From Mobula hypostoma (taxonomy: Eukaryota), in contig NC_086097.1 of assembly GCF_963921235.1 (NCBI RefSeq), forward strand, positions 138,572,001 through 138,636,000: DNA of 64,000 nt, read 5' to 3'. Shown here piece after piece: positions 1 to 12,980 of this stretch. Numbering within the stretch: position 1 is the stretch's first letter; every line of letters starts with the position of its first letter. The notes beneath the pieces were generated by a model, which was not told the DNA's origin, did no database searches, and saw nothing but the letters and a program-made list of their open reading frames with translations. Position numbers and translations under genes: made by a program.

Positions 1-182
1 TTACTGGTATTTTAGGTTTTATGTGTTATTCGGCATGATTTGGGAGGTTATTTTTGGGTCTGCGAACGCTCACAAAATTTTCCCATATAAATAAATGGTA
101 ATTGCTTCTTCGCTTTATGACATTTCGGCTTACGAACCGTTTCATAGGAACGCTCTACCTTCGGATGGCGGGGGAAACCTGT
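1..182. mobile_element. Terminal fragment of a pogo/Tigger-like (Tc1/mariner superfamily) DNA transposon or MITE
   Basis: Ends in ...ggcgggggaaacctgt, a Tigger-style terminus (reverse complement acaggtttcccccg). CpG-richer than the flanks. The other end is outside the window. Confidence 0.5.
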
Positions 183-699
183 CCTCCAAGTGGTGTCTGC
201 TGAAGTGCTTCTTAAATGTAATGATGTGATTCCAGCACCGCCTCTTGAGAGTGCATTCCAAATATCGGCCACATTGTGGAAACAACATTTTTCCTTCAAA
301 TGTCATTTAAAACAACTTCCTCTCACCTTAAACCCATGCCTTCTTGTTTTTGGGGATCAGAACTGCAAACAGAATTCCAAATGTGACCTAACTAAGATAA
401 GAACTCTTGTATGCTACGCCCCATCCTCTGAAGGCAGGCATGCCATATTGTCTATCTTCACCACCCTATCTAGTTGTTTTCATGGAATTATGAAATTAAA
501 CTCCAAGATCCTTATTCATCAACATTCCTAATGTCTTATTATTTACTATATACAACTGGATCCACCTTCAGGTTTTCCTGATTCAGTCCAGATGAATGCA
601 CTCCAAGTCTTCCAGGTCTGTCTTTAAGCAGTCACTTACTTCCCAGTCCAAGTATCTCCACTTCAGGAGCCTCAGGATCAATCTGTCGCAGCCATTTAC

Positions 700-1660
700 C
701 TCAGAGGCATGGTAAGAGAGCTGGGCTGCAGGTGAGACTGAAACAGTGCATGTTCAAGTCCCTGCTCGCCAGCACATTATCAACTAATGTACAGGCTGTT
801 GAGAACAAAGTTGATTGAGTAAGAGCAGGGCTGGCCTATCAAAGAGAATTGAGGTACTGCTGTGCGCTATGTTTCACTGAAACGTAGTGTACACCTACTT
901 CACCTGACTGTTCCAAACAACTTGAGGGCTAATATATTCACAGGATGCATCATACAACATCCTCAGGCAAAGTTAGAGATAGAAGGGTCTGCTTCCTGAT
1001 CAGTTCTTTCTCATGTTTGTATATGTCAATCCTGGTGAGTTCCTGATCAACCATCTTGGAATATCTATAGATTAAAGATTAGCTTTATTTACCACATTTT
1101 CATTGAAGCATACAATTAAATGTGTCATTTATATTAATGATCAACAGAGTCTGAGGATGCATTGCGGGCAGCTCGCAAGTGTCACTGTGCTTCTGGTGTT
1201 AACATAGCTTGCCCACAACTTACTCACCCATACGTTATTTTAATGTGGGAGGAAACTGGAACACCTGAGGAAACCTATGTAGTCACAGGGAGAACTTACA
1301 AACTTCTTACAGGCAGTAGTAGGATTTGAACTCTGATCACTGGCACTGTAAGGTGCTAGCCCCTCTGCTACCGTGACATAATCCAACAATAAAATGTCAC
1401 TTATTCTACTCGCCACGGGAATTTTAATTCACTGTCCTGAAGGCAGTCTACATCTCATTTCAGGTGGACATGAAACCTGCACTAATGAACTATACTCTGT
1501 GGTCAACAGCCTTGAAACAGAATACCCTGAGGCCCTTTTCATCATTGCTGGTAACTTCAATCAGGCAAATTTCAAGAGAGTGACACCAAATTACTGCCAG
1601 CATTTCTCCTGTTTACCAAGTATCCACCCGCCCTTGACCATTGCTGTACAAACATCAAAG
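700..1660 (+). mobile_element. Degenerate Rex1/Babar-type LINE, endonuclease region, interrupted by a SINE
   Basis: Remnant peptides NVQAVENKVD, YCCALCFTET and YPEALFIIAGNFNQAN (ORF 1394..1741) resemble AP-endonuclease motifs. Confidence 0.7.
1071..1378 (-). mobile_element. V-SINE (HE1-like tRNA-derived SINE)
   Basis: Contains tgtgggaggaaactggaacacctgaggaaacc, the reverse complement of the V-domain core, and the same tail as the copy at 6481-6770. Confidence 0.75.
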
Positions 1661-1915
1661 GCATCAATAATCATTCCATGGTCACAGTCACTCAGATCAC
1701 ATTTCTTTCCCATTCTGATGTTTGGTCTAAGCAACAACTGAACCTCTTGACCATATAACCATATAACAATTACAGCACGGAGACAGGCCATCTTGGCCCT
1801 TCTAGTCCGTGCCGAATATCTGTATGCTTTTGTACTTTCAGTTGCTGTTAAATGATTGGCTGATTAGGTATTTGCATTAACGAGCTGGTGTACCTAATAA
1901 AGCGGCAACTGAGTA
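1661..1915 (-). mobile_element. Tc1-like transposon 5' fragment (TIR plus transposase N-terminus), interrupted by a short CR1 tail at about 1755-1816
   Basis: Minus-strand peptide MGKKCDLSDCDHGMII resembles a Tc1 transposase start. TIR-like end gtgtacctaataaagcggcaactgagt. Confidence 0.7.
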
Positions 1916-4154
1916 TCTTTGACATTGATACTCATAAGAGTATGATATTTCTAACTGCTGGATAAAAAGACTAGGAGTGTCTTGTCTTGATATGCCTCCA
2001 ATGCTCTGAAGCCTGTCATTAGCTCGCATCCACTATAGAATTGTTATGAATAGCTATCAGTCCTATCTATGCCTCTTATATTTTTGTAAGCCTTTGTGTT
2101 CATCCCTCAGCCTCACGCATTCCAATGAGAATAAACTTCTCCTATCCAGTATCTCCTGTATCTACAGCCCACTATTCCAGGTAATACCCAGTGAATCTCT
2201 TCACCGTTCTTTCTGTTTCCACTATATTCTTTCTGTGAGGTGACCGGAATTGCACATAGTGCAACCTGACCAATGTTTTGTACGGCTGCAACATGATGTA
2301 CCCATACTCATTGCTTCTGCCTATACAGGCAAACATATATCTCCTTGTGTTAGCACTTTCAGGGAGCTAGGGATTTTGTACCTTAATGTCTCTGCATACG
2401 TCAAACGTGGTGCATGATGAATTTTATAAGAAACGTTTTGATAAGAACCTGAGCTGGTCTGAATGGTCTAGGTTGTTGAATATGCTGTTTCTAGTGGTCA
2501 GTAAAGAAAGAGGGACATACAGATGTTGAAATCATTGGAACTGTGGAGAGTCCATTGTCAGTCCTGTCCTTGTAGCAACATATCAATCAAAGTGTAGGGC
2601 AAGGGTGGAAGGATTATGAATCTTGAGGATATTTTGGGAGTCTTGTATAGAACAGTGCTTTTTGGAAACAATAAATGTACACATTTATGTTGTACAGAAT
2701 TGGAACTGTTTGAGGAAATGAATGCTGTTTATTTTCTGCAGCAGGCTGAATAGTAAGGAAATAATGTACATACTTACACTATGTAATAAGATTAAAATGC
2801 AGCAAATGTAACCTGAAGGCTTGATGAAAAAATTGTTGTTGCATTCCTCCTTGTGTATGTCTGCTTGAAGTGCTTGGAACAAAGAACAAAGTGCATAGTT
2901 TGGAATTCAATTTTTTTTGTCCCACCAAGATGCCGTGCTGAGAATTATACTTCAAAGCCACATTGGCATCTCAAAATAGGTGAAGATACATCATGAATAT
3001 TGTTTGCTGTCATCTTTGTAGACATACTGGAAGATTTTGGTTTTCATTTGTTTAAAAAAAAGAGAATCCAAGTTGCATTTCTAATGAAAAAGAATCTACT
3101 GTCATGAAAGGAAAAGTAAAACCTGAAGGAAATCCTTCCAAGTGTGCCAAGTGGGAAATTCATTACTTTAGTCGTATTTTGACATTCTCGATATTTGTGA
3201 AGCTTTGGGCAGCTCCTAATAGCATGGAATAGGAACAGTTATAAATGCAGAAACCTCTCATTCAGCATTCTAGTCCACTAGGACCCCTATTTTTTTTTTC
3301 CAGCGTTTATTACCTTACTGCTAGTTATAATTTGTATAATTGTCGTTTCTACTCAAGATTTAATGGAATTGCCCTGAAGCATCTCAACCTACCCACCTGA
3401 TTCACCTTCCGTTGCTTATCAGTAATGTTTGCTTCGCTGGCTTAAGTTAGCTTTTGATCTTTTTCAAGGATGTCTCTCGAAGATCATTTCATGTGTTTGA
3501 AAATTCTCCTTTCTCAGTGTTTTGAGCTATATTTGTGACAAAAAAATTGATGTAGGACTTAATTGTTTTTGTCTTCTCTCAGTGAGATGGCTTATAATGG
3601 AAACGTATGTGTATAATACCTATAACAAAATTCTGTGATGCAATCTTATCTGACTGCGTGACTGTTAGGCGTTGTAATAATTCTTGTAAGGTTAAAAGGT
3701 AACACAAATATAGAAATGTTATTAGTTAAAACTATTTGCTAGATTTTTTTTATACAGACTAAACACTCTGTTAACTACACAGAATAATAACAAACTAAAA
3801 TATATCCCGAAAGGCTGAATGTTGTTATGATACGTGGTTCTTAAACTGCTTGACAAAGGAAGAGTCTGGACATTTAACTGAGTCTTTAGATTCAAACAAA
3901 CAAATCAAGAAGTTAACTTTGTGAAGATATACCCAAGCCCAAAACCTATTGAAGATGGTGTGCAGCAACAAAACATGCCACAGTCAGGGAAGCAGCATAT
4001 TCCACCAATGTACTATCTATGCAGCTCTCAATTCTGTTAATTTTGTGATCACGCATCGAGAGCAAAATATTTTTTTTCTTCCAGATATTTTGGCCTCACT
4101 AATTCCAACTTAAAATTACTACAGGGAATGATTTTAATTCCAGTTGCTTAAATT

Positions 4155-4900
4155 CCTTGGTGGTATAATTTCAGAGAATTTGTCCTGGGTCCAGCATGTA
4201 AGTGCCATTATAAAGAAGGCACAGCAGCAAACTTAGAAGTTTGTGAAGATTTGGCATGTCATCTAAGACTTTGGCAAACTGCTATAGATGTGTGGTGGAG
4301 AGTATATTGACTGGCTGCATCGTGGACTGGTATAGAAACACCAATGCCCTTGTATGGAAAAGCCTACAAAAAGTAGTTGATATGGCCCAGTGCATCATGG
4401 ATAAAGGCCTCCCCACCACTGAACTCATCTACACAGAGTGCTTTTATAGGAAAGCAGCATCCATCATGAAGCACCTCCACCATCCAGGCTATGCTGGCTT
4501 CTTGCTGCTGCCATGAGGAAGAAGATCCAGGAGGCTTAGGACCTACATTCCCAGGTTCAGGAACAGCGATTACCCCTCAACCATCAGGCTCTTTAACTTC
4601 ACTCAACTTCATTTGTTTCATCACCGAACTGTCCCCACTGAACTGCAGTCATTTGCAAGGACTCTTCATCTCAGGTTCTCGATATTTGTTGCTTATTTAT
4701 TTACTCATGTTTTCTCTCTTTTTGTACCCGCACAGTTTGTATTTTTTGCACATTGGTTGTTGTCGACTCTGTTGGTTGTAGTCTTTCATTGTTTCTATTA
4801 TGTTTCTTATATTTATTGTGATTACTTGCAATAAAATGAATCTCAGTTGTATATGATGACATATACGCTTGATAATAAAATTTACATCTAACTTCATTTC
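4155..4900 (+). mobile_element. Rex1/Babar-type LINE 3' fragment
   Basis: ORF 4256..4516 (YRCVVESILTGCIVDWY...LQKVVDMAQCI) is the post-RT C-terminal region. T-rich 3' UTR ending gataataaa. Confidence 0.85.
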
Positions 4901-5329
4901 GCACCTTCAGGAGGTGATGTAGATACACTTCTGGTATTTTTTTCAATTCCTTATAATGGAAAACTCTGGGTAATACTGGGGAACAGACGGACTTTGCATA
5001 TCAAAATAAACTAATCAACTCTTATACTCATATTCTTTGACTTTTTCTAAATATAAGAATATTGAATGAATGTTTTCAAGAACACATAGTAGGTGGATAA
5101 ATCACCAAGAGGTAAGCATTTACTGAAAACCACAAAATCAGTGTCGTCATCTCCATCTATAGCCTAAATATCCCATCCTGTTGAGAGCCAGGAATGGAGA
5201 AAAGCTTCTAAAGAATTATGATGAGCCAAATGTATGCTTGATGGAGCATGCACTAAGATCTCCTCAACCAAGACGTGGTGCATGTATCCTTGACTTCATC
5301 TCCTGGCACTCTTTCCATCTCAGCTGTTA

Positions 5330-6430
5330 CTGTGCCAGCTCGGCAAGATGTAGAAAAGGACATGCATTAGTTGTGAAACACAGGAGCAGACAAAATCCTT
5401 GCTGAAATTCTAAAACATGGCACAGAAGTGCTTCTGGCATGAGTTCATGATCTTTTCTCATCTCCCACATAGAAGAAAGAACATGCTAGAGGATCACAAT
5501 GGCACACTGAACATGAAAGAATGAAAGTTTGATTATTTAATTCACGAGTAGTCTGTTTGCTGTCTGCCATGAGGAAAGTCATTACAGGGATTATCCTCAA
5601 CTAACTTTCAGGAGCTAAGGACTCTTCCCAAGGTCATATAGAATTTTCACCGCATGACAGGTACAAGATAAGTGCAGAGACTAGATCAATCATGACATAT
5701 ACCTGACCTTTTCCCCACAGAAGCCTTTGCCATTAATCAAATTATGAAGGATTCTTTTCAGGTCTTAGGTGCCCACCAGAATTTATCACCATCATGTAAA
5801 ATGGCATGGAAGCTTTGATCCTTAGAAATTGATCCACCGCACCTATCGTGGGAGGAGCTGGTGGAGTGGCAAGTAAAACCAAGTCATTTCTGTAGGCCTC
5901 TGCAGTATTTAATGCCATCTTCAAGCTTCCTGCTGGAGAGAAGCTCATCAATGGGTTGAGTTGGGAAACTGCAATTGTTGGTTTCAATCTGGGACCAAAA
6001 TCACATGGGTGTTGCTTTTCAAGTTCAAGTGCATAGGTTTTGCTTGTTCATGTGAATTTTCAGACTGTGATTCCTTTCTGCGTTTACTGAGATATCTCAC
6101 ATACTAAACATCCAATATTGAGAAAATCAAAGCTACTGTTTTTTGTCATTGATATACACTCCTTTCCTGTGTGGCGCTTGGTGAAATTTGCAAACTTACT
6201 GTGATACAGAAGGCATAATGGCAGAGCCCTTTCGTTACCATCCAAGAACAAGGCTCCTGCGCTCAGTCCATCTGTTGCTAAACCCCAGATGGATACCATT
6301 TGCTACTTCCTCACTCAGCTTGTACAATTTAAATCACTGTAACCACCTGCAGTTCTGCAAATCTAGACATATCATGGAATAACATTGCATGTTGTGCAGT
6401 GCAGTCACACACAGACACTTCGCTAGATGG
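5330..6430 (+). mobile_element. Highly decayed LINE reverse-transcriptase fragment, probably RTE clade
   Basis: Scattered RT-like peptides in broken frames (LLSAMRKVITGIILN, GCPPEFITI-like). Confidence 0.45.
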
Positions 6431-6480
6431 GACATATGAGCAAAGGTTGGTCTTAGAAGTAGGAATTACAGTGGGAATTA

Positions 6481-6770
6481 CCATGGTGTAGGGGTTCAAC
6501 TTCTGCCACTGTTTGTAAAGAGTTTGTATATTCTCACCATGACTGCGTGGGTTTCCCGTGGCGCTCTGGTTTCCTCCTACATTCCAAAGACATATGGGTT
6601 AAAGGTTAGTAAGTTCTGGGCATACCATGTTGCTGCTGGAAGCATGGCAACATTTGTGGGCTGCTTCCAGCACATATTCAGACTTCGTTGACACAAATGA
6701 CATTATTTCACTGTATGTTTCTATGTACATGTGACAAATAAAGCTAATTGTTATCTTATTTGTATCTTTA
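6481..6770 (+). mobile_element. V-SINE
   Basis: B-box-like ggttcaact, V-domain tgcgtgggtttcccgtggcgctctggtttcctcctacattccaaagac, tail ...gtgacaaataaagctaat. Confidence 0.8.
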
Positions 6771-8639
6771 AATTTTGAAATAAGATGGGGAGGTTAGTCA
6801 GAGAGTGGAGTCTTTGCTGATTGTAGCACAGCTGTCAGTGGAATTTTGAAGAAATAAGGAACCTGTAATGAGCCCAAGTTATAGAGGTGCAATGATCTGA
6901 GGATTCGAGGAGAGGGGGAAGAGCTGAATCACTGAGGTTTTTAATCTCGGGGACAAGGATTGAAAAGTGTGGATGTTGTTAGATCAAGAGCCAGCTGAGG
7001 TCACATGAATGAGTGGAATATAATAACGAGTTTTGAGCAAGCTGAAGTTTAATAGTGTGGAAGAGTCGTCAGGAGGACAGCAAGAGGGCAATGTATTGGA
7101 ATTGCCAGCTGTTTGCGTAAGTGTAGTGTAGAGAAGTTTGTCTAATTGAACGGAGCACTTGGTTCATCTTTTGATTTATACTTTGTTATTCAACCTTAAG
7201 AAAAAAATTGAGGATAGCACATTATTCTGATTCGGAGACATCAAGTGTTTAGTTATCAGACAAAAATTATAGAAGAGGAAGAAACTGACATCACTTTGCA
7301 GATTATATTAATGATCCCACATCCACAGCTCAAACTTTCAATTCATTTTAAAATGTGGCTTTGAATCTTGGTGACATTGCCTCATTATGTGACAATCAAG
7401 TTTTATATGTAGATTGTGTATCAGATATGGTGAAGGGGGTTAGAAAACAATACTGTCTGTGTTAGTCAATCTGTTCTGCAGCAACTGAAGTATTAAATTG
7501 TTTGGGTAATATTACAAGAAATAATGTGTCCTCATTACATCACTTGCGTTATAGTGCTGATCCCCTGTAACATTACACTTCTGTCCTTCAAGTTCATCTA
7601 ATGCAGTGTTTCTCGGCTGTTTATTGACTAACCTCACATTGTTTTTACCAGCTTAGTACTTGGTTTAAGTCTCCTGTTATTAAAATATTAGACTTGGATG
7701 ACTTGGGATTGGCATGCAGAATGTTAATGCAAGTATACAAGCAGTTTTATGATAACAATGTCTGTAACCTTCGTTGCCCTTTTAATGTTTATATATTGTG
7801 TACATTTCTTTGAAAGACTGGTGTTTTAATCACATAGATTTCATTAAAATGTATGAATATTTTATAGGAAAGCTAGACATCTTGCATTGGCCATTTTATG
7901 TAAGAGGTATAAGTCGACCAAGAGAGAAATCGCAGCTGCTGTGTTTTGTATTACTCTCTGTACCCATGAGTTCAGAATCGGTCCTCTGCAATACCGCTCT
8001 CCAGAGTTGCTTCTCTTGTTAGACTCCAGCAACAATGCCACATTTGAATGTGTTAGTCTTGTATCTTAGTTTTCTTGCATTGCTTTACTTATTATTATTA
8101 TTTTGTCTTTTTTTCCTTCTATATTATGTATTACGTTGAGCTGCTGCTGCTAAGTTAACAAATTTCACGTCACATGCCGGTGACAATAAACCTGATTCTG
8201 ATAAGTTACAGTGGTGTCACTGGGCAAATCCACTGCATAACATTGAACTAAATTTTATTGGTGGAGTGTCTGAGTGCCCCATGCCCAGTCAGTTTTTACC
8301 ATCCATTCCAAGACACTGAAACTTCAGACTGCATGGTTCTGAAAGCCATTGTGCATCTCTGCTTCAATTGGTCAATATTCTTGGACAAGAATTACATTTT
8401 CTTCATTTTTTTCAGGATGTGGACATTACTTGGCAAGGCAAACTCTGGTTGGCCTTGAGAAGGTGGTTGTCAACTGCCACCTTAAACTAAGGTCCTTCTC
8501 CTCCGCCTTCTCCCCTGCCTCCCCCCCCCCCCACCCCTGTATAGTTGTGGAAGAAGTTCCAGGCTTTAGAAGCACAACAGGGAAGGAATGGTGATGCAAC
8601 TCCAGGGTCATGATAGTGTCTAGTATTGTGTGAATATGT

Positions 8640-9145
8640 GGATGGCAGTGCTTCCACATATTACAAAGAAGGCATGCCAGCAGCTATATTTCAATAGAAG
8701 TTTCAGGAGACTTGGTATGTCACCTACATCTTCAGCAAATTTCTACTGTGGTACCATGGAGAATATTCTGACTGGTATGGAGGGGCCACTGCACAGGACA
8801 GGAAAAAGTTGCAAAACATTGTAAATTCAACTAGCTCCATCATTGGCACCAGCCTCCCCAGTATCAAGGACAATTTCAAAAGGCAATGCCTCAGAAAGGT
8901 AGCATCCATCTAGAAGGATCCCCACCACTCAGGACATGTCCTCTTTTCGTTACTAACTTCAGGGTTGGAAGTACAGGAGCCTGAAGGCACATACTAACTC
9001 ACTATTTTTGCTCTCTTTTTGCACTACTTACTTTTCTTTACATATATCTTTTTGTTATTTATGGTATATTATGTATTGCACTGTACTGCTGCCGCAAATA
9101 CATTTCATGACATATATCAGTTATCATAAACCTGGTTCTGATTCC
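8640..9145 (+). mobile_element. Rex1/Babar-type LINE 3' fragment
   Basis: ITKKACQQLYFNRSFRRLGMSP...FYCGTMENILTG (ORF 8630..8824). Tail ataaacctggttctgattc. Confidence 0.8.
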
Positions 9146-9889
9146 ATTCATGTTAAGCACTTGCCTCCTCTCATGATAGAAATTGTGTTTTTGAGAGTGA
9201 GTTACAGGATAAATTGTAACTGCATTTTACAAATAGTATATACTGAAGTGATGGGTGGTGAAGGAAACTGATGTTCAGGGTAGTGGATGTGGTGCAAATC
9301 AAATGACATGATGGTGGATGGCATTGAGCTTGCATTTTGCACCTTCCTACACACTGGGCCTCATTGCATTATTCTGGCAGTGTAATTTTCATCTGTTGCA
9401 TTGCCCTTGTCAATTTTTAGTCTAAAGGAAAGCGAAAGGATAAATTGCATGTTGATAATGTAATTTGCTGCAAGTCTGTATAGAAATTGAGGTAAATTGG
9501 TGTTTTCTGGATGGCTGATTATCTTTGTTGCTGACATATACTCATGTTGGAATTTGCAGTTTTCTAATCTTTAAAGTGCACTTAGAAAGTACAGTGCTCA
9601 ACAATCATCTGACTTATTGCAATGTAAAATGCGAACCATGATCTCATTTTCTGCAGTGAGTATTGATGGAAATCTAATCCTTCGGGGCTTATTAAACATC
9701 GAAGAGTGTTACTCGGCCCACCTGACTTTTTTGCCAATTATGATCTGGCACATAACTCTGAGCTCTCCAGATTTAAATTTGTATTTTCAGTTATGTTTCA
9801 GCTAACTGCCGTCCATCCTCCTTTAGTATGCTTCTGCTTCAGGACTTGCAAATTCTCCTACTTTTTAGTGGCAAAAGAAAGGGGACAAT

Positions 9890-10250
9890 ATTCTATCAAA
9901 TGTTGAAAGGCCTAGATAGAGTGGATGTGGAGAGGGTATTTCCTATATGAATCAAGAACTAGAGGGCATGGCCTCAGAATGCAAGTATGTCCCTTTAGAA
10001 CAGAGATGAGGAGGAATTTCTTTAGCCAGAGGGTGTGAATCTGTGGAGTTCATTGCCACGGATAGCTATGGAGGCCAAGTCATTGGATGTATTTAAAGCA
10101 GGGGTTGAAAGTTTCTTGAGGGTGTCAGAGGTTCTGGGGAGAAGACAGTAGAATGGAGTCAAGGGGGATAATAAATCAGCCATGATGGAATGGCAGAACA
10201 AACTTGAAGGGCCAATTTATCTAATTCTGCTCCTATGTCTTATGATCTCG
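9890..10250 (+). mobile_element. CR1 LINE 3' fragment
   Basis: gagatgaggaggaatttctttagccagagggtgtgaatctgtgg (RRNFFSQRV.NLW-like), homologous to the other CR1 ends. Tail tcctatgtcttatg. Confidence 0.85.
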
Positions 10251-10578
10251 TAAACCTTGATTTTAGTTGCTATCACTCATTGATGTGAGATAGTAATAAT
10301 TCATTTCATGAAAATAAGTATTCATGTTAGACCAATTTGATGGATTGATAAGAACTGTTTTCTTTTTCTTCTATACCTGGGATAGCCCTAAGGAAGTCTT
10401 TTTATCCAAACACACTTCATCCAACATGGTCAGTTAGCCTGTTCCTTGGACTCCTGAATGAAGCATGTTACAGTGATTCCTGGTGGTCTAGATGTGTCTG
10501 GAAAATGCAGTTGACAAAGGTGAATAATTTCACTAGTGTAAACTCTGACTACTTGGAGCATATGGGACAACTAAAATG

Positions 10579-10652
10579 TACAGTGGCATGCAAAAGTTTG
10601 GGCACCCCTGGTCAAAATTTCTGTTACTGTGAATAGCTAAGTGAGTAAAAGT
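10579..10652 (+). mobile_element. Solo Tc1-like terminal inverted repeat fragment
   Basis: TA followed by cagtggcatgcaaaagtttgggcacccc, a typical Tc1 terminus. No partner end seen nearby. Confidence 0.6.
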
Positions 10653-10827
10653 AATTGATAGCACAATCTACGCTGCTTGTTCTGGAATTTTAGTGATAAC
10701 ACTGCAGGTTCCCTTCAGACAACAACTGGCTAAAATTTTTTTGCAGTGTTTGACAATTTAAACTCTGCTCAATGTCTGTACTGTTACAGATTAATAAATT
10801 AAATAGGTGCCTACGTTCAGTAGTATA

Positions 10828-11570
10828 TTTCCCTTATTCATATGTACTGGGCTTGTCCTAGCTTGGAGAAATTCTGGAGAGATGTCTTTTTAACTTTATC
10901 CCTTATAGTTAATTGCTATTTGGAACCTAATCCTATGATTGCTCTTTTTGGCACCTTGAGAGAAGTTGACAGGCATCTGAGTCTGACTAAACGTCGTACA
11001 TTATCTTTTGCCTCTCTTTTGGCTAGACATGCAGTCCTTCTTAGGTGGAGAGATGTTGCCCCCCCACTCACTCTCAATGGCTCAGAGACATTATGTCCTG
11101 CTTAGACGTTGAAAAGATTCATTATTCACTTCTTAATTCGGACATAAAGTTTCAAAAGGTGTGGGGACCTTTTCTTGAATATTTTCATAATTCCTGTTTA
11201 GGTTAAGAGTTTATCCCTCCTTTTTTGTCTTTTGCATTTAAATCCCTTACTTCCAGCTTCTTTCGGTGAAGACTTACGGCTTTTTTTAATGTGTAAATAT
11301 ATTATAGCTCAGATAGTTGGCGATATACCTTTTTATAAATACAGTTCTGTGGTGATAAAATCTCTGATTAACTTTTCTATATATCGTAAGGTTGGCTTGG
11401 AGTTGGGTAGTGGGAGGGTGGGGCGGTAACTAACTTTATACGATTCTACTATGGGTGCTTTTCCTTAACTGTTATGAACTGTACATTTGATATGTTTATT
11501 TTGCGCTGTGTAAACCTCTTACTGTTTTTTTTGTTGCATTGTAGAAACATAAAAAATTAATTTAAAAAAG
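10828..11570 (+). mobile_element. L1-clade LINE 3' end
   Basis: HMYWACPSLEKFW...LARHAVLLRWRD (L1 ORF2 C-terminal region), 3' UTR, and an A-rich tail at about 11546-11569. Confidence 0.85.
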
Positions 11571-12269
11571 TTTCCACATTATTTCTTATTATTGTGCATT
11601 AACTTCTGTACATTGCATTACATATTTAATAGAATTTGTATGTTGCACTCTAATGAAATCTTTCTTCTGCCATGCGATTTATAAAATATGTAAAATCTCA
11701 AGCACGTGACAACTTGTTGATCTGTAACAAAATAATGTATTTTTAATGGCTGGTGATTAGCAAACTTCAAACACCCACTGAAAAGTAACCACTTCATGTG
11801 CTGTGTTTCAAATAATTTATATAATTGAATTTAGTTAGCATCAACACCTGTCCATCACCCTTATTTTTTTAATGGTAAAAGTGGACAGTGCATTTCTGCA
11901 AGATACTGGTTCAGTTTGACTTTGAGGAGATCCAAGCTGCATACTGATCTTATAACTTCCCTCAGGAAACAATTTCAAAGGCAGGTTGCCCGTCATGAAG
12001 CAATTCTTCCTTTTATCATGCTTAAATCTTCCCATTTTCAGCCAATTCCAGCATCACCTTTTTCTGTCTCTTCTACCATAGCTAACATACTGACCTTTCT
12101 GTACAGAAAACACATTTTTGCCTTTGCACATTGTCAACACTTGAAGCAAACTCATTCTGACGCATTCTTCAAGTCAAATAAACATGGATTCAGTCTACTT
12201 AGTTATATTCATGATATTTTAAAAGCCTAGCAAAATGACTGCAAAGTGATTGAGAAAACTAAAGTTGAG

Positions 12270-12980
12270 ATGTTAGAAACTGAAATAAAAGCATGTACAG
12301 GTAGTTAACATTTCAGATTGATTCTTTTTAAGTCTGAACAAGGAAATGTTAGGATATAGGCATGTTTCAAATTGCAGAAAAGATGAAGGAATGGGAAAAG
12401 CTGAAGGGGCAGTGTGATGGGCTGGAGGCAGAGGAGGACAAAATGACACAAATGGTGGTGATGGCTGAGACACAGTAGTGAAAGCTTATTAATCACAACT
12501 GATCTGCCTGAGCAATGTCAATAGTGGATGAATGAGAACAGAGGAGAGACAAGGAGGGAAAAATAGTAGTGGAACTGTGAGATATGGGTTACTGCATTAC
12601 TGCATTTGTTAGATTAGTGAAATAAAAAAAATATATTGGAAGTATTTGGCAGATCAGCTAGCATCTGTGGGAAGAAAGAAGTGAAATTATAGATTGGTTT
12701 CCTTTCATCAGAATGAACCAGTTCTGATAACAAACTGGAAAGTCTGGTTATCTAAATTCATTGTTAATCTGCGGGTTGTAATGTGCCTGGATGTGAGATG
12801 AGACTCTGCCTCCTAAGTTTTGTCGGGTCAGTGTCAGAGCTCAAATGCAGAGAAGTAAGGCTGTGAAGATAATGGAGAATTCAACTCACAGGTGACTTGG
12901 ACTACAAGATCATCTCTGTGTGCTGAGTGAAGATGTTCTGCAAGTGGTCACCCAATTAGTGTTTTGTTCTCCAACCTGTA
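12270..12980 (-). mobile_element. Ancient, decayed Penelope-like element remnants
   Basis: Purine-rich tract, remnant ctttcatcagaa motif (about 12701-12713), and a segment at about 12750-12820 weakly similar to the GIY-YIG C-terminus of younger copies. Confidence 0.4.

Noticed and set aside
7520..7560. atgtgtcctcat (MCPH) resembling part of the preceding EIF3E exon
   Set aside because: Flanking codons do not match eIF3e and there is no suitable exon structure. The previous exon is presumably upstream of the window.
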